32,000 nt of DNA, from NCBI RefSeq assembly GCF_002803295.2, contig NZ_PGGB02000009.1, forward strand, positions 21,318 to 53,317, written 5' to 3'. The translations under genes were made by a program, and so were the position numbers. The first letter of the stretch is position 1. The number at the start of each line of letters is the position of its first letter. Origin of the DNA: Caedibacter taeniospiralis (lineage in GTDB: Bacteria; Pseudomonadota; Gammaproteobacteria; Francisellales; Francisellaceae). Under the pieces are notes generated by a model. It was not told the DNA's origin. It was given only the letters and a program-made list of their open reading frames with translations, and did not search any database. Shown here piece by piece: positions 8,771 to 19,306 of this stretch.

Positions 8771-9628
8771 ATGCAACAGCAAACCATTAATCACCTCATT
8801 GAAGTATCGGGTCTTGGTTTACACTCAGGGACTGAGGTTAAGATGCGATTACTTCCTGCAGCCGTAGATGCTGGAATCGTGTTTAGACGTATAGACTTGC
8901 CCCCTATAAGAGAAATCAAGATCACGCCCTTTAATATCACTGAGGCGATCATGTGCACGCTTTTGGTATCACCTGAGGATAAGACCGTTTCTGTTGCCAC
9001 GATTGAACACTTAATGTCGGCATTATGTATGTTTAGTATTGATAATGTCATTGTAGAAATTGATGCGCCCGAGCTGCCTGTGATCGATGGTAGCAGTATT
9101 GCGTTTGTCAGGGCTTTTGAAGAAACAGGGGTTAAGACCCAAGATAAAAAGCGTCATCTGCTCAAAGTGCTAAAATCTGTGCGCGTTGAAGAAGAAGACA
9201 AATTTGCTGAGGTGCATCCTGCGAACAAAACCAGTTATCGCTTTGAAATCAAATGGGATCATCCTGTGATTGCAAATACTCCTGCCATAGTTGAATTCTC
9301 AGGTGATAAACAAATGTATATTGATCACGTTGCCAAGGCGCGTACTTTTGGCTTTGTCGATCAGCTTGATTATTTGCACGCAAATAATCTGGCCAAAGGA
9401 GCCTCCCTTGATAATGCCGTTGGCATTACCAACGAGGGCATTGCTAACCCAGAGGGCTTAAGATATCCCGATGAATTTGTGAAGCACAAGCTCTTAGATG
9501 CCATTGGCGATTTTTATGTGGGCGGTGCAATCTTGGGTCGTTTTAATTGTTACAAGTCAGGGCATACACTCAATAATAAACTTTTAAGAGCATTGTTTGC
9601 TGACAAGAGTGCCTGGGAATATGTTTAA
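8771..9628 (+). CDS. lpxC: UDP-3-O-acyl-N-acetylglucosamine deacetylase
   Basis: QQQTINHLIEVSGLGLHSGTEVKMRLLPAAVDAGIVFRRIDLP, SVATIEHLMSAL, KHKLLDAIGDFYVGG, SGHTLNNKLLRALFADKSAWEYV. Confidence 0.97.
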   Translation: MQQQTINHLIEVSGLGLHSGTEVKMRLLPAAVDAGIVFRRIDLPPIREIKITPFNITEAIMCTLLVSPEDKTVSVATIEHLMSALCMFSIDNVIVEIDAPELPVIDGSSIAFVRAFEETGVKTQDKKRHLLKVLKSVRVEEEDKFAEVHPANKTSYRFEIKWDHPVIANTPAIVEFSGDKQMYIDHVAKARTFGFVDQLDYLHANNLAKGASLDNAVGITNEGIANPEGLRYPDEFVKHKLLDAIGDFYVGGAILGRFNCYKSGHTLNNKLLRALFADKSAWEYV

Positions 9629-9767
9629 AACGTTAGGGACTTATTGAACACGCCTATGCAAGCGGAGATCTTGTCAAAGCCTAATTTTGGTAGCAATAAA
9701 AGTAGCTAAAGTCTGAGAAATTCGTTATGCTTTAGCAAGGTTTAGCAAGTTCAAAGTGATTATTTAA

Positions 9768-10418
9768 ATGGCAAAGCGGTTATTGATTTTATTGATTACC
9801 TTATGTTTGATTGCTGGTGGCGCATATTATTTTTTTGGCGCGCATGAAAAAAGTAATATAAATCAGGCAAAATTAAATCAGCCCGATCCAGCAGCAACTG
9901 GACTGTACCAGATCCTGCAAACTGCTCATTTTATTGAGCAGGGACAGCAAAATGCCCCGCATCGCATGTATGTGATTTTTGATCCTAATTGCATTTTCTG
10001 CCATGCGCTTTTTGAAGCATCACAAAAACAAGTTGATACGGGGAAGTTGGCTATTCGCTGGGTACCCATCGGTGTTATGAAACGCTCAAGTCCGTTAAAA
10101 GTGATGGCTATTTTGAGTGCTGCATCACCCATTGACGCACTTAAACAAAATGAAGCTCGGTTTAACGATGCTCAAGAGGAAGGGGGCATTCCCCCTATCG
10201 TCAATCCTGGTGCCAGGGAGATTGCGCAGTTTAACCATAACATGACCATCTTAAAAGGGCTGATTAATTCTGTACCAGTGGTGGTGTACAAAAATGCGCA
10301 AGATCAGCCAAGAATCAGTGGCGGTTCGTTATTGCCACTGCAAGCTGACAAAGCATCATTGGCAAAAAATGAACAAAAAGCAGATGAATTTATCAAAACT
10401 GTTGGCAAGAGCTGGTAG
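9768..10418 (+). CDS. Periplasmic thioredoxin-fold protein (DsbG/DsbA-like) with CIFC motif
   Basis: N-terminal signal anchor LLILLITLCLIAGGAYYFFG; MYVIFDPNCIFCHALFEASQKQV; late cis-Pro-type motif NSVPVVVYKN. Confidence 0.8.
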   Translation: MAKRLLILLITLCLIAGGAYYFFGAHEKSNINQAKLNQPDPAATGLYQILQTAHFIEQGQQNAPHRMYVIFDPNCIFCHALFEASQKQVDTGKLAIRWVPIGVMKRSSPLKVMAILSAASPIDALKQNEARFNDAQEEGGIPPIVNPGAREIAQFNHNMTILKGLINSVPVVVYKNAQDQPRISGGSLLPLQADKASLAKNEQKADEFIKTVGKSW

Positions 10419-10480
10419 TACGATGATGGTTATTATTGCCTTAATTTCAGTATCAATAATCTTAAAGTGAATGAGTCCAA

Positions 10481-11590
10481 ATGAGCGCGCAATATTACCT
10501 GGGTATTATGTCAGGGACCAGCATGGATGCTATTGATTGTGTGGTCACTGGGTTTGATACGACTAACTTTCAATTAATCGCACATTCCAGCTTCTCCTAT
10601 CCTGGAAAGATAAGAGACAGAATAAATCAGATTTATCAAAATAATTACAGTGTATCGCTCAATGATCTTGGCGATTTGGATTACACCTTAGGCGCGGTCT
10701 ATGCGGAATGCGTCAATAAGCTACTGGCTTTGCATAAGCTTGATAAAGCACAAATCAAAGCGATAGGCTGCCATGGTCAGACAGTCTATCATCACCCAGA
10801 AGGTGAGATAAAATTCAGTATTCAACTGGGCAGTGGCAATGTGCTCTCGGCACAGACGGGACTCCCAGTGATCAATGATTTTCGCAACAAAGATATGATT
10901 TTTGGGGGGCAAGGTGCTCCCTTGGTGCCTTTGTTTCATCAAGCTTTCTTTGCACATGAGTCGAATCCACGAGTTATTTTAAATCTAGGAGGTATTGCCA
11001 ATATCTCCTGCCTGCATCCACATAAACCACTTATTGGATTTGACACGGGACCCGCAAATACTTTGATTGATCAGTGGATTAAAAAGCATAAGCACAAGCC
11101 TTTTGATGACAGTGGCTCATGGGGAAGGGGTGGAGTTATTCAAATCACAGTTTTAGATAAAATGCTCGCTGATCCTTATTTTGCCAAAGAAGCACCAAAG
11201 AGTACAGGACTCGAATACTTTAACTTAAACTGGCTCAATCAGTTTTTATCAGGCGATGAAAAGCCACAAGATATTCAAGCAACCTTGCACGCTTTGACTA
11301 CGCAATCCATCGCACAGCAGCTCGTGAAAGCACAGCCAGATACAAAAGAAATTTATGTTTGTGGCGGAGGTGCTCGCAATCACTTTTTGTTAGAACTTTT
11401 AAAAACATTGCTGCCAAACATTACCATAAAGCCAATTAAGCACCTGGGCATTGATGAGGAATGGATTGAGGCGGTGGCGTTTGCATGGTTTGCCTATTGC
11501 CATATTAACCGCATTAAAATCCCTTTCTCTATGACAACTGGAAGTAGGGAAGATAGTGTGGCAGGAACCTGGCATTTTTTAACTAAGTAA
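10481..11590 (+). CDS. anmK: Anhydro-N-acetylmuramic acid kinase
   Basis: YYLGIMSGTSMDAIDCVVTGFD, GCHGQTVYHHP, NLGGIANISCLHP, GFDTGPANTLIDQWI, YVCGGGARNHFLLELL. Confidence 0.96.
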   Translation: MSAQYYLGIMSGTSMDAIDCVVTGFDTTNFQLIAHSSFSYPGKIRDRINQIYQNNYSVSLNDLGDLDYTLGAVYAECVNKLLALHKLDKAQIKAIGCHGQTVYHHPEGEIKFSIQLGSGNVLSAQTGLPVINDFRNKDMIFGGQGAPLVPLFHQAFFAHESNPRVILNLGGIANISCLHPHKPLIGFDTGPANTLIDQWIKKHKHKPFDDSGSWGRGGVIQITVLDKMLADPYFAKEAPKSTGLEYFNLNWLNQFLSGDEKPQDIQATLHALTTQSIAQQLVKAQPDTKEIYVCGGGARNHFLLELLKTLLPNITIKPIKHLGIDEEWIEAVAFAWFAYCHINRIKIPFSMTTGSREDSVAGTWHFLTK

Positions 11591-11600
11591 GGGGAAAACA

Positions 11601-12887
11601 ATGAACCTGAGTTTTTCACAGCAGCTAAAAGCAGCCACTATTGATAGCGTTGCTGGTTTATTTAAAAGTCGCAAAATGCTGGTGATGTTTCTTTTGGGTT
11701 ACTCATCTGGTTTACCTTTGATGCTAACGGCGTCTTCACTCACGCTTTGGTATAAAGAGTCGGGTATTAGCATCAAAGATATTGGGTTACTAACCCTTGT
11801 GGCACTGCCATATACAATAAAGTATCTTTGGTCCCCCATCATTGATCGCATAAGTTTTAAATATCTGGGACACAGAAAGGGCTGGATCCTACTGATGCAG
11901 ATCCTGCTGATCTTTTGCGTGTTTTTATTAAGCCAGTTTTCTCCTGTGCAATCACCACTGATCATTGCATGGATTGCCTTGGCAATCTGTTTTTTCTCAG
12001 CAACACAAGATATCGCGATTAATGCTTATCAAACAGAAGTATTGAATGAAGATGAGCGCGCCTTGGGAAGTGCAGTGTCGGTGCTGGGTTACAGAGTGGC
12101 GATGATGGTAACGGGTGCCTTATTATTGATTTTTGTGCAGTATTTTGATAATGACTGGCAAAAGGGGATGTTGATGCTTCTGCCTTTTTTTGTAATTGCC
12201 ATAACGGGGACTTTTCTGGCACAAGAGGCTCAAGTGAGAAATCAGCCAAAAACCTTTGCCGATGCGGTAATCTTGCCGTTTTACGATTTTTTTACCCGTC
12301 GTGGCTTTGGTGTTGCAATCGCTGTGTTACTGGTTATTATTTTTTACAAATTTGGTGATGCGTTAGCTTTTTCCCTTAATACCGTATTTTTTTCAGAGCT
12401 TGGGTTTGATAAAACCACCATTGCACTTTCGTATAAAACCAATGCACTTGTCTTTACCCTCATTGGGCTTGTGTTGGGTGGAATGCTTGCTAAGGGATTT
12501 GGCTTGTTTCGTACCTTTTTAGTGTTTAGTCTCATGATGGCAACAGCCAATCTAATGTATATGTGGTTGGCATTTGTTGGTCAAAATTATTATCTGATGG
12601 TCATCTCGGTTGCCGTTGAATATATGGTAGGAGCCATGGGTACGGCAGTCCTTGTCGCAATGATTATGAGTCTAGTGAATAAAAGCTTCTCCGCAACACA
12701 GTTTGCGGTGTTAAGCTCCATCGACTCTTTAGGTCGGGTGCTCGTAGGTCCACTGGCGGGGAATATACAAGCAAACTGGGGATGGGAGGTATTGTTTTTC
12801 AGCAGTTTTCTGATCGGTATCATGGTCACCTGTGGCATCTGGCTTGCGCGCAGGCACATTATGTTGATGGCAGACCTGCATGGGTAG
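11601..12887 (+). CDS. ampG: AmpG-family muropeptide MFS permease
   Basis: FLLGYSSGLPLMLTASSLTLWYKESGISIKDIGLLTLVALPYTIKYLWSPIIDR; multiple TM segments; sits next to anmK in a peptidoglycan-recycling context. Confidence 0.9.
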   Translation: MNLSFSQQLKAATIDSVAGLFKSRKMLVMFLLGYSSGLPLMLTASSLTLWYKESGISIKDIGLLTLVALPYTIKYLWSPIIDRISFKYLGHRKGWILLMQILLIFCVFLLSQFSPVQSPLIIAWIALAICFFSATQDIAINAYQTEVLNEDERALGSAVSVLGYRVAMMVTGALLLIFVQYFDNDWQKGMLMLLPFFVIAITGTFLAQEAQVRNQPKTFADAVILPFYDFFTRRGFGVAIAVLLVIIFYKFGDALAFSLNTVFFSELGFDKTTIALSYKTNALVFTLIGLVLGGMLAKGFGLFRTFLVFSLMMATANLMYMWLAFVGQNYYLMVISVAVEYMVGAMGTAVLVAMIMSLVNKSFSATQFAVLSSIDSLGRVLVGPLAGNIQANWGWEVLFFSSFLIGIMVTCGIWLARRHIMLMADLHG

Positions 12888-12914
12888 AATAAAAGTGTAT
12901 TTGGATTGAGTGAT

Positions 12915-13733
12915 ATGAGAAAACAAACAATATTGATTACAGGGTGTTCGCATGGTGGTATTGGCTATGCTACAGCGAAATATTTAAAGACGCTTGGGCA
13001 CTGCGTTTTTGCCTGTGCAAGACAGCAAACGGACGTTGAGCACCTCATAAGCGAAGGATTTGATGCTTATTTGATGGATGTTAGAAATGATGAGCAAATT
13101 AATGCGGTATTAGCCGATATATTAAGAAAAACAGATAATAAGCTCGATGCTCTGTTTAATAATGCAGGATACGCGCAGGCTGGCGCGCTTGAAGATCTTC
13201 CAACCGAATATCTACGAGAACAATTTGAGACAAACGTATTTGCTTTGCACAAACTCACCCGAGTGATACTAAAGGTCATGCGCAAACAAGGATATGGAAA
13301 AATTATCCAACATGGCTCTGTTTTGGGTTTGGTTTCCCTCAAATATAGAGGGGCATATAATGCAAGTAAATACGCAATCGAGGGTATTGCTGACACTATG
13401 CGTCAGGAGTTAAAAGGCTCAAACATATATATGAGCACATTAAATACGGGTCCTATTACGAGCAAGATCAGGGAAAACTCAATGGAAACTGTAAAAAATA
13501 TCGATCTGAAAGACTCGGTGCATATCAGGGAATATGAGAAAATAATGACAGGAAAACATAAACCTGTGCCATTTAATAAAGAAGTGATTGCTGTCGCCAA
13601 AGTGATTGAGAAAATACTTGAAGCCAAAAAACCTGCTCCTAGGTATAGCATCACTAAATTCACGCTACTTGCAAAGCTGCTCAAAAGAGTGCTGCCAACC
13701 AGAGCGTTAGATTATATTTTAAATAAATTTTAA
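12915..13733 (+). CDS. Short-chain dehydrogenase/reductase (SDR)
   Basis: TILITGCSHGGIGYATAKYL nucleotide-binding motif, NNAGYAQAG, YNASKYAIEGIADTMRQEL. An alternative TTG start lies at 12906. Confidence 0.93.
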   Translation: MRKQTILITGCSHGGIGYATAKYLKTLGHCVFACARQQTDVEHLISEGFDAYLMDVRNDEQINAVLADILRKTDNKLDALFNNAGYAQAGALEDLPTEYLREQFETNVFALHKLTRVILKVMRKQGYGKIIQHGSVLGLVSLKYRGAYNASKYAIEGIADTMRQELKGSNIYMSTLNTGPITSKIRENSMETVKNIDLKDSVHIREYEKIMTGKHKPVPFNKEVIAVAKVIEKILEAKKPAPRYSITKFTLLAKLLKRVLPTRALDYILNKF

Positions 13734-13849
13734 AAGTATAGAAATGCTTGCAAAGCTGCTGGAAAAGCCGTTGACAGTGCTTTTCAGCACGACAGAACGC
13801 AATAGTCAGAAATAAATATAATCACCGCCAAAATAAATGAGGGTCGAAA

Positions 13850-14227
13850 ATGAAAGAAATTGTGCAAACTAATCATGCCCCACAAGCCATAGGTCCCTAC
13901 GTGCAGGCAATTAAGGCAAATGGAGTGCTTTACACATCTGGTCAAATCCCATTGTTGGCTAATGGCGAACTGATAAATGGTGGTATTCACGAGCAGACCA
14001 GACAAGTCATGCTGAACTTAAAAGCGGTCATTGAAGCGGCAGGAAGCTCCATGGGAAGAGTCATAAAAACCACATGCTTTATTAAAAACATGGATGACTT
14101 TGCCTTGTTTAACGAAGTATATGCTTCATTTTTTGATGGAATCACTCCGCCTGCACGCTCTTGTGTTGAGGTAACCAGACTACCAAAAAATGTGCTTATC
14201 GAGGTTGAAGCGATTGTTATGCTGTGA
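13850..14227 (+). CDS. ridA: RidA/YjgF-family enamine/imine deaminase
   Basis: APQAIGPYVQAIKANGVLYTSGQIPL, TRQVMLNLKAVIEAAGSS, PPARSCVEVTRLPKNVLIEVEAIV. Confidence 0.95.
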   Translation: MKEIVQTNHAPQAIGPYVQAIKANGVLYTSGQIPLLANGELINGGIHEQTRQVMLNLKAVIEAAGSSMGRVIKTTCFIKNMDDFALFNEVYASFFDGITPPARSCVEVTRLPKNVLIEVEAIVML

Positions 14228-14379
14228 AAAAATCTTAATGTGATTAAAATATAATCAAAATTTATAGAAATGGTAAATATCGCACAAAGATTTAGTTAAA
14301 CTCCTATTTATTTCGGTTTTGCTTTTGTCCATACTGACACTCAAGCAACGGATGGCAACCTTAACGGATGAAGGTAGAA

Positions 14380-14436
14380 ATGGATAGCCCCTCCCCCGCA
14401 TGGATGAATTGATGAGGATAAGGATATCCTGAAAAC
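14380..14436 (+). repeat. ~57-bp direct repeat, copy A, containing mini-ORF MDSPSPAWMN*
   Basis: atggatagcccctcccccgcatggatgaattgatgaggataaggatatcctgaaaact. Confidence 0.75.
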
Positions 14437-14459
14437 TAAAGGATAAAGTAAAGGAAGAC

Positions 14460-14516
14460 ATGGATAGCACTCCACCCACATGGATGAATTGGTTAGGATA
14501 GGGATATCCTGAAAAC
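14460..14516 (+). repeat. ~57-bp direct repeat, copy B (80 bp downstream), containing mini-[16 protein letters not shown]
   Basis: atggatagcactccacccacatggatgaattggttaggatagggatatcctgaaaacc. Confidence 0.75.
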
Positions 14517-15638
14517 CTGACATTTTTCTCTTTGTTCCCTAATCCCCCATTCGATGTGTTCTAGCAATAATGAATGGTTGATGTACTTATTTCTAGCGTG
14601 ATACAGAATGCCAAGAATTTCAGCCGAAGCTGGGGCATTACCTAATGCAACGTATACATTTCTAAGCCAGGACTGGTAACCAATTCGGCGAATTGCTGAG
14701 CCTTCAGTGTGCTTCAAGAAATCTTCTTCTGACCATTGTGAGAGGGAAATGAGAGTCTGGTTGGTTAAATATGCTCGCGCCAAAAAATCATTTTCGCATG
14801 TTATTGGTGCATTTTTATTGATGGGACACACAAGCTGGCAATCATCACAACCGTAGATACGATTACCAATGGCCTGGCGATATTCCATCGGAATAACCCC
14901 TTTATTTTCAATAGTTAAGTATGAAATACACTTGTTGGCATCGATCATTCGATTTTCAACGATGGCGTTAGTTGGACAAGCCTTAATACAGGCCTGGCAT
15001 TTGCCACACTGATCGTGGGGCTTTGGTTGGGTAAATGCGCTAAAATCAAGACTGGAATAAATGCAGCCGATGAAGAAAAAAGAGCCCTCCGTGGGATGGA
15101 GCAAGTTACTGTTTTTGCCTATCCAGCCAAGTCCAGCCTTTTCGGCTAAGGGCTTTTCAAATACTGGTGCACTATCAGTGAAAACACGAGCCGCATATTC
15201 AGGGAAAAGCGTTTGAATATACTCAGATAATTTCACAAGTTTATTGCGTAAAACTTTATGGTAGTCTCTGCCGTGGGCGTAGATGGAAATAGCTGCCTTA
15301 TCAGAGGGCGTGCTTAATTTTTTACGAATATTTTTAATATCATAGCTTTGCGGTAAATAATTCAATCTCACAACGATAACGCTTTTAGTACCTGCGACAA
15401 GCTCCTCTGGCGTGTAACGTTTGCTGCCATGTTTGGTCATATACTCAAGCTCAGCGTGATAACCCTGTTCAATCCACAGGTGATATTTGGGAATATACTC
15501 ACTCAGGTTGCAATCGGTTGCACCAATATCAGAAAAATTAAGAGTTTTAAGTGCAAAGTCTTTAATGCGACTCCATTGTGTCGTGCTTACGTTACGCATT
15601 GTGTTGTCTGCTGTGAATTCAAGCACTTCTGACGGCAT
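14493..15638 (-). CDS. queG: Epoxyqueuosine reductase
   Basis: [16 protein letters not shown]-type region, [57 protein letters not shown] (two 4Fe-4S motifs). The ORF-track start at 15836 runs back through the tRNA, so a start near 15638 or 15599 is more likely. Confidence 0.93.
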   Translation of the reverse strand: MPSEVLEFTADNTMRNVSTTQWSRIKDFALKTLNFSDIGATDCNLSEYIPKYHLWIEQGYHAELEYMTKHGSKRYTPEELVAGTKSVIVVRLNYLPQSYDIKNIRKKLSTPSDKAAISIYAHGRDYHKVLRNKLVKLSEYIQTLFPEYAARVFTDSAPVFEKPLAEKAGLGWIGKNSNLLHPTEGSFFFIGCIYSSLDFSAFTQPKPHDQCGKCQACIKACPTNAIVENRMIDANKCISYLTIENKGVIPMEYRQAIGNRIYGCDDCQLVCPINKNAPITCENDFLARAYLTNQTLISLSQWSEEDFLKHTEGSAIRRIGYQSWLRNVYVALGNAPASAEILGILYHARNKYINHSLLLEHIEWGIREQREKCQVFRISLS

Positions 15639-15715
15639 TGCAAGATTTCTTCTGCGCCAAAAGCTATTGTATCGATTGGTGTTAAAAGGTTTTGCGAGTG
15701 TGAAATCATTGGTTA

Positions 15716-15803
<88 letters not shown>

Positions 15804-16062
15804 GAATGTGCGCCAATTATAACGGCAATTTTGCAAATAGAAAGATGCTCATTTCATTTTTTTCCAAAAAAATAACACCCACAATTGCCATGATTGTAAT
15901 TTATACAGCAGCTTTACAAAAACGCCTAAATCATAAATTTAGCCCTTCTATTTAACCAGCTGACATGATAGAATCGCCACGCTTAAATTTTTAGGTTTAA
16001 ACCAACCTAAACAGAATCAGCAAAACTGAGTAGTTAATAATAAATAATTTAAGGTAACAAAG

Positions 16063-16491
16063 ATGAAAACGTTTAGCGCTAAGGACGATCAAGTCAAAAG
16101 AGAATGGCTTTTGATCGATGCAAATGGTAAAACTTTAGGTCGCCTTGCAACTGAAGTTGCAAGACGCCTTCGCGGCAAACACAAGGCTGAATACACACCA
16201 CACGTTGATACGGGTGACTATATTATCGTTATCAATGCTGAGAAAGTTGCGGTAACAGGCAACAAGCAAAAAGATAAAATCTACTACCACCACACAGGCT
16301 ATATTGGCGGTCTTAAGTCTATTTCTTTTGAAAAGCTGATAGCACAACATCCAGAGCGTGCAATTGAAACTGCTGTTAAGGGCATGCTTCCTAAGAATCC
16401 TTTAGGTCGCGCGATGTACAAAAAGCTAAAAGTTTATGCTGGTGAATCTCACCCACATACAGCGCAACAACCACAAGTTTTAGAAATATAA
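16063..16491 (+). CDS. rplM: 50S ribosomal protein L13
   Basis: [68 protein letters not shown]. Confidence 0.98.
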   Translation: MKTFSAKDDQVKREWLLIDANGKTLGRLATEVARRLRGKHKAEYTPHVDTGDYIIVINAEKVAVTGNKQKDKIYYHHTGYIGGLKSISFEKLIAQHPERAIETAVKGMLPKNPLGRAMYKKLKVYAGESHPHTAQQPQVLEI

Positions 16492-16506
16492 GATAGGATA
16501 GGAACA

Positions 16507-16899
16507 ATGACTCAAGCATACAATTACGGTACTGGTCGTCGCAAAAGCTCAGTTGCTCGTGTTTTTATGAAAAAAGGCACTGGCAGCATTATTGTTAACG
16601 GGTTACCACTAGATGACTACTTCGGACGTAAGACCGCAAGCATGATAGTAAGACAACCACTTGAATTAACCAGCACACTAGAAAGTTTTGACTTCAAAAT
16701 CAATGTTCATGGTGGCGGAGAAACAGGTCAATCAGGAGCAATTCGCTTAGGAATTGCGCGCGCTTTGGTTGATTTTGATGAAACTTTGAAGCCTGAGCTT
16801 CGTCAGGCTGGCTTTATCACTCGCGACTCTCGTAAAGTTGAACGTAAGAAAGTGGGCTTCAGAAAAGCACGTAGAAAACGTCAATTCTCCAAGCGTTAA
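16507..16899 (+). CDS. rpsI: 30S ribosomal protein S9
   Basis: [28 protein letters not shown] ... [29 protein letters not shown]. Confidence 0.98.
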   Translation: MTQAYNYGTGRRKSSVARVFMKKGTGSIIVNGLPLDDYFGRKTASMIVRQPLELTSTLESFDFKINVHGGGETGQSGAIRLGIARALVDFDETLKPELRQAGFITRDSRKVERKKVGFRKARRKRQFSKR

Positions 16900-16938
16900 G
16901 AAAATATCTTTATTTTTCGTATAACTTTGTATTTATTC

Positions 16939-16975
16939 AAAAGCCCAGCTGGCACATGCCAAGCGGGGCTTTTTT
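16939..16975 (+). terminator. Rho-independent terminator downstream of rpsI
   Basis: aaaagcccagctggcacatgccaagcggggctttttt: AAGCCC/GGGGCTT hairpin followed by a T tract. Confidence 0.8.
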
Positions 16976-17085
16976 GTTATCACCACACATTTCTGCGCAC
17001 TGAAATGGTGCAAAATGACTGGTGAGTGGTATATAATGCGCAAGCTAATGTAAATAACTCCAGTAAACAAGGATAATTGGGATAA

Positions 17086-17691
17086 ATGTCTGCTCAAAAC
17101 AAACGATCATCAATGACTTTATATACCAATAGTAACGATCCTTTTTGTCACAGAATTAAGATGATTCTTGCCGAAAAAGATATCAGCGCAGATATCATTG
17201 ATGTAACTGTTGAAAATAAATTGGAGGAGCTCTATGAGCTTAATCCTTATGGCAAGGTGCCCACACTGATGACTAAAGATCTTATCGTCTACGAGCCCAA
17301 TATTATCTTTGAATACTTAGAAGAGCGATTCCCCTACCCGCCTTTGTTATCTGTATTTCCACTTGAACGCGCCCAAGCGCGCATGTTATCGAAAAAGATT
17401 GATACTGAATGGATGCCTTTTTTAATCAACGCACTTAATGCCGAAAATGAGGATATGAGGCAGGCAAATAAAATTGCACTGCTAAAAGCACTATTCTCAC
17501 TGAATCCGATTTTAAGCAGGCAGCCTTACTTGTTGGGAGAAGACTTCAGCATCGTAGACTGCTCCTTAGCCGTTATTTTATATAATCTCCCCAAATTAGA
17601 TATTCGTTTGCCTGAGAAGGCAATGCCACTGATTAAATATGCTAAGCGCTTGTTTGCACGTGTTTCATTTAGAAAAAGTATTAGAAACTAA
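17086..17691 (+). CDS. sspA: Stringent starvation protein A (GST-like fold)
   Basis: NKRSSMTLYTNSNDPFCHRIKMILAEKDISADIIDV, LNPYGKVPTLMTKDLIVYEPNIIFEYLEERFPYPPL; followed directly by sspB. Confidence 0.93.
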   Translation: MSAQNKRSSMTLYTNSNDPFCHRIKMILAEKDISADIIDVTVENKLEELYELNPYGKVPTLMTKDLIVYEPNIIFEYLEERFPYPPLLSVFPLERAQARMLSKKIDTEWMPFLINALNAENEDMRQANKIALLKALFSLNPILSRQPYLLGEDFSIVDCSLAVILYNLPKLDIRLPEKAMPLIKYAKRLFARVSFRKSIRN

Positions 17692-17708
17692 AAGAAAGGA
17701 AAAATCCC

Positions 17709-18116
17709 ATGCCAATGCTACGCGCTTATTTGATTGAACCTGTGTATGACTGGATAATAGATCACGACCTGACTCCCTACCTGCTGATAGACACCGAATA
17801 CGATGGCGTTATTTTGCCTGAGAACTATGTCGATGACGATGGGAAAATACTGTTGAATATATCTCCCGAAGCGATTGAACGGTTTGACTGTGATGATTAC
17901 TACATCCGTTTCGATGCAACTTTTGATGGTAAAATCATGTCGCTTCAAATCCCGATTGAAGCCGTACTTGAGCTCTATGCTGGCGAAACTTCTCAAGGTC
18001 TTTATGCCAGAGAGTTTGGCTATGGTATTGATATTTATGAGGGGGAGACCGAGAATGATGTCAATCCACCAAAAGACAAGCCGAAACAAGGCGGCAGTGG
18101 TCTGCGCCTTGTCTGA
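17709..18116 (+). CDS. sspB: ClpXP adaptor / stringent starvation protein B
   Basis: [79 protein letters not shown]-like region, adjacent to sspA. Confidence 0.92.
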   Translation: MPMLRAYLIEPVYDWIIDHDLTPYLLIDTEYDGVILPENYVDDDGKILLNISPEAIERFDCDDYYIRFDATFDGKIMSLQIPIEAVLELYAGETSQGLYAREFGYGIDIYEGETENDVNPPKDKPKQGGSGLRLV

Positions 18117-18120
18117 TAAC

Positions 18121-19041
18121 ATGGTAACGCCATACGATATTCAACCAGTTAGACGCTATTTACTTCAACTACAGGATGACATTTGCCATCAACTACAACA
18201 AATCGATGGTAGCGGGTTTCATGAAGATAACTGGCCATACCAGAATGGCGAAGGTGGCGGACGTACTCGCATACTGGAGAATGGTCAGGTCATTGAAAAA
18301 GGCGGGATTAATTTTTCCCACATTCAAGGACAAACCCTACCTGAAGCTATCCTTAGCATGAAACCTGAGCTAACAGGATTTTCGTTTCAGGCTATGGGAG
18401 TCTCCCTTGTTATTCACCCTTTAAACCCATACGCACCCACCTCACACATGAACGTACGTTTTTTTATTGCTGAAAAAGAAGGTGAAAATCCAGTCTGGTG
18501 GTTTGGTGGTGGCTTCGATTTAACGCCTTTTTATGGTTTTGAAGAAGATTGCATTCACTGGCACACCATGGCATATGATGCGTGTCAAGGCTTTGGTGAT
18601 GATCTTTATACCAGATATAAAAAGCAATGTGATGAATATTTTTATCTTCCTCATAGAAATGAATGTCGCGGTGTTGGTGGACTCTTCTTTGATTATTTAA
18701 ATCAATGGAATTTTGAACAGTGCTTCGCCTTTACGCGCTCTATTGGCAATCATTATATTAAGGCTTATGCTCCTATCTTGGAAAAACGCAAAGATACTCC
18801 TTATGGCGAGCGTGAGCGTGAGTTTCAGCTATATCGCCGCGGACGCTATGTCGAATTTAATCTTGTGATTGATCGCGGAACCCATTTTGGGCTGCAATCA
18901 GCAGGACGCACGGAATCCATTCTCATGTCACTGCCCCCTTTGGTTAAATGGATTTATAACTACCACCCTAGAGCAGGTTCTGCCGAAGAAAAACTCTATA
19001 CGGATTTTTTACCGATCAAAGATTGGCTGAGACGGAAATGA
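18121..19041 (+). CDS. hemF: Oxygen-dependent coproporphyrinogen III oxidase
   Basis: [97 protein letters not shown]. Start MVTPYDIQ at 18121; the longer ORF-track call overlaps sspB. Confidence 0.96.
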   Translation: MVTPYDIQPVRRYLLQLQDDICHQLQQIDGSGFHEDNWPYQNGEGGGRTRILENGQVIEKGGINFSHIQGQTLPEAILSMKPELTGFSFQAMGVSLVIHPLNPYAPTSHMNVRFFIAEKEGENPVWWFGGGFDLTPFYGFEEDCIHWHTMAYDACQGFGDDLYTRYKKQCDEYFYLPHRNECRGVGGLFFDYLNQWNFEQCFAFTRSIGNHYIKAYAPILEKRKDTPYGEREREFQLYRRGRYVEFNLVIDRGTHFGLQSAGRTESILMSLPPLVKWIYNYHPRAGSAEEKLYTDFLPIKDWLRRK

Positions 19042-19181
19042 CTCACTGCAGCATTCTATAGTGCGATTTTCACGCTAGAATCCCTTAGTTACGTGATCCT
19101 AAAGCATGGCTTAAAATTTGATTGCGTATTAACCACTGTTTAACTTGCATTTAGCACTCCTTTTTGCTGTAATTCCTCGGC

Positions 19182-19211
19182 GGTCAAAACGTGATCACTT
19201 TAGTTTTGACC
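19182..19211. promoter_or_regulatory. Perfect 9-bp inverted repeat GGTCAAAAC-N12-GTTTTGACC upstream of clpS
   Basis: ggtcaaaacgtgatcactttagttttgacc; the loop carries the palindrome gtgatcac. Confidence 0.5.
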
Positions 19212-19306
19212 CACAGCCCACTTGGTCGTATGACTACAAACCTTGGTCATGAATGCAGTGGTTGATATATGAAGCAAGTGATTGAGTTAAACCAGAGGAG
19301 TTAGCT

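Noticed and set aside
17875-19041. 388-aa version of the hemF ORF
   Set aside because: The upstream 82 codons overlap sspB out of frame. The HemF-like sequence starts at MVTPYDIQ (18121).
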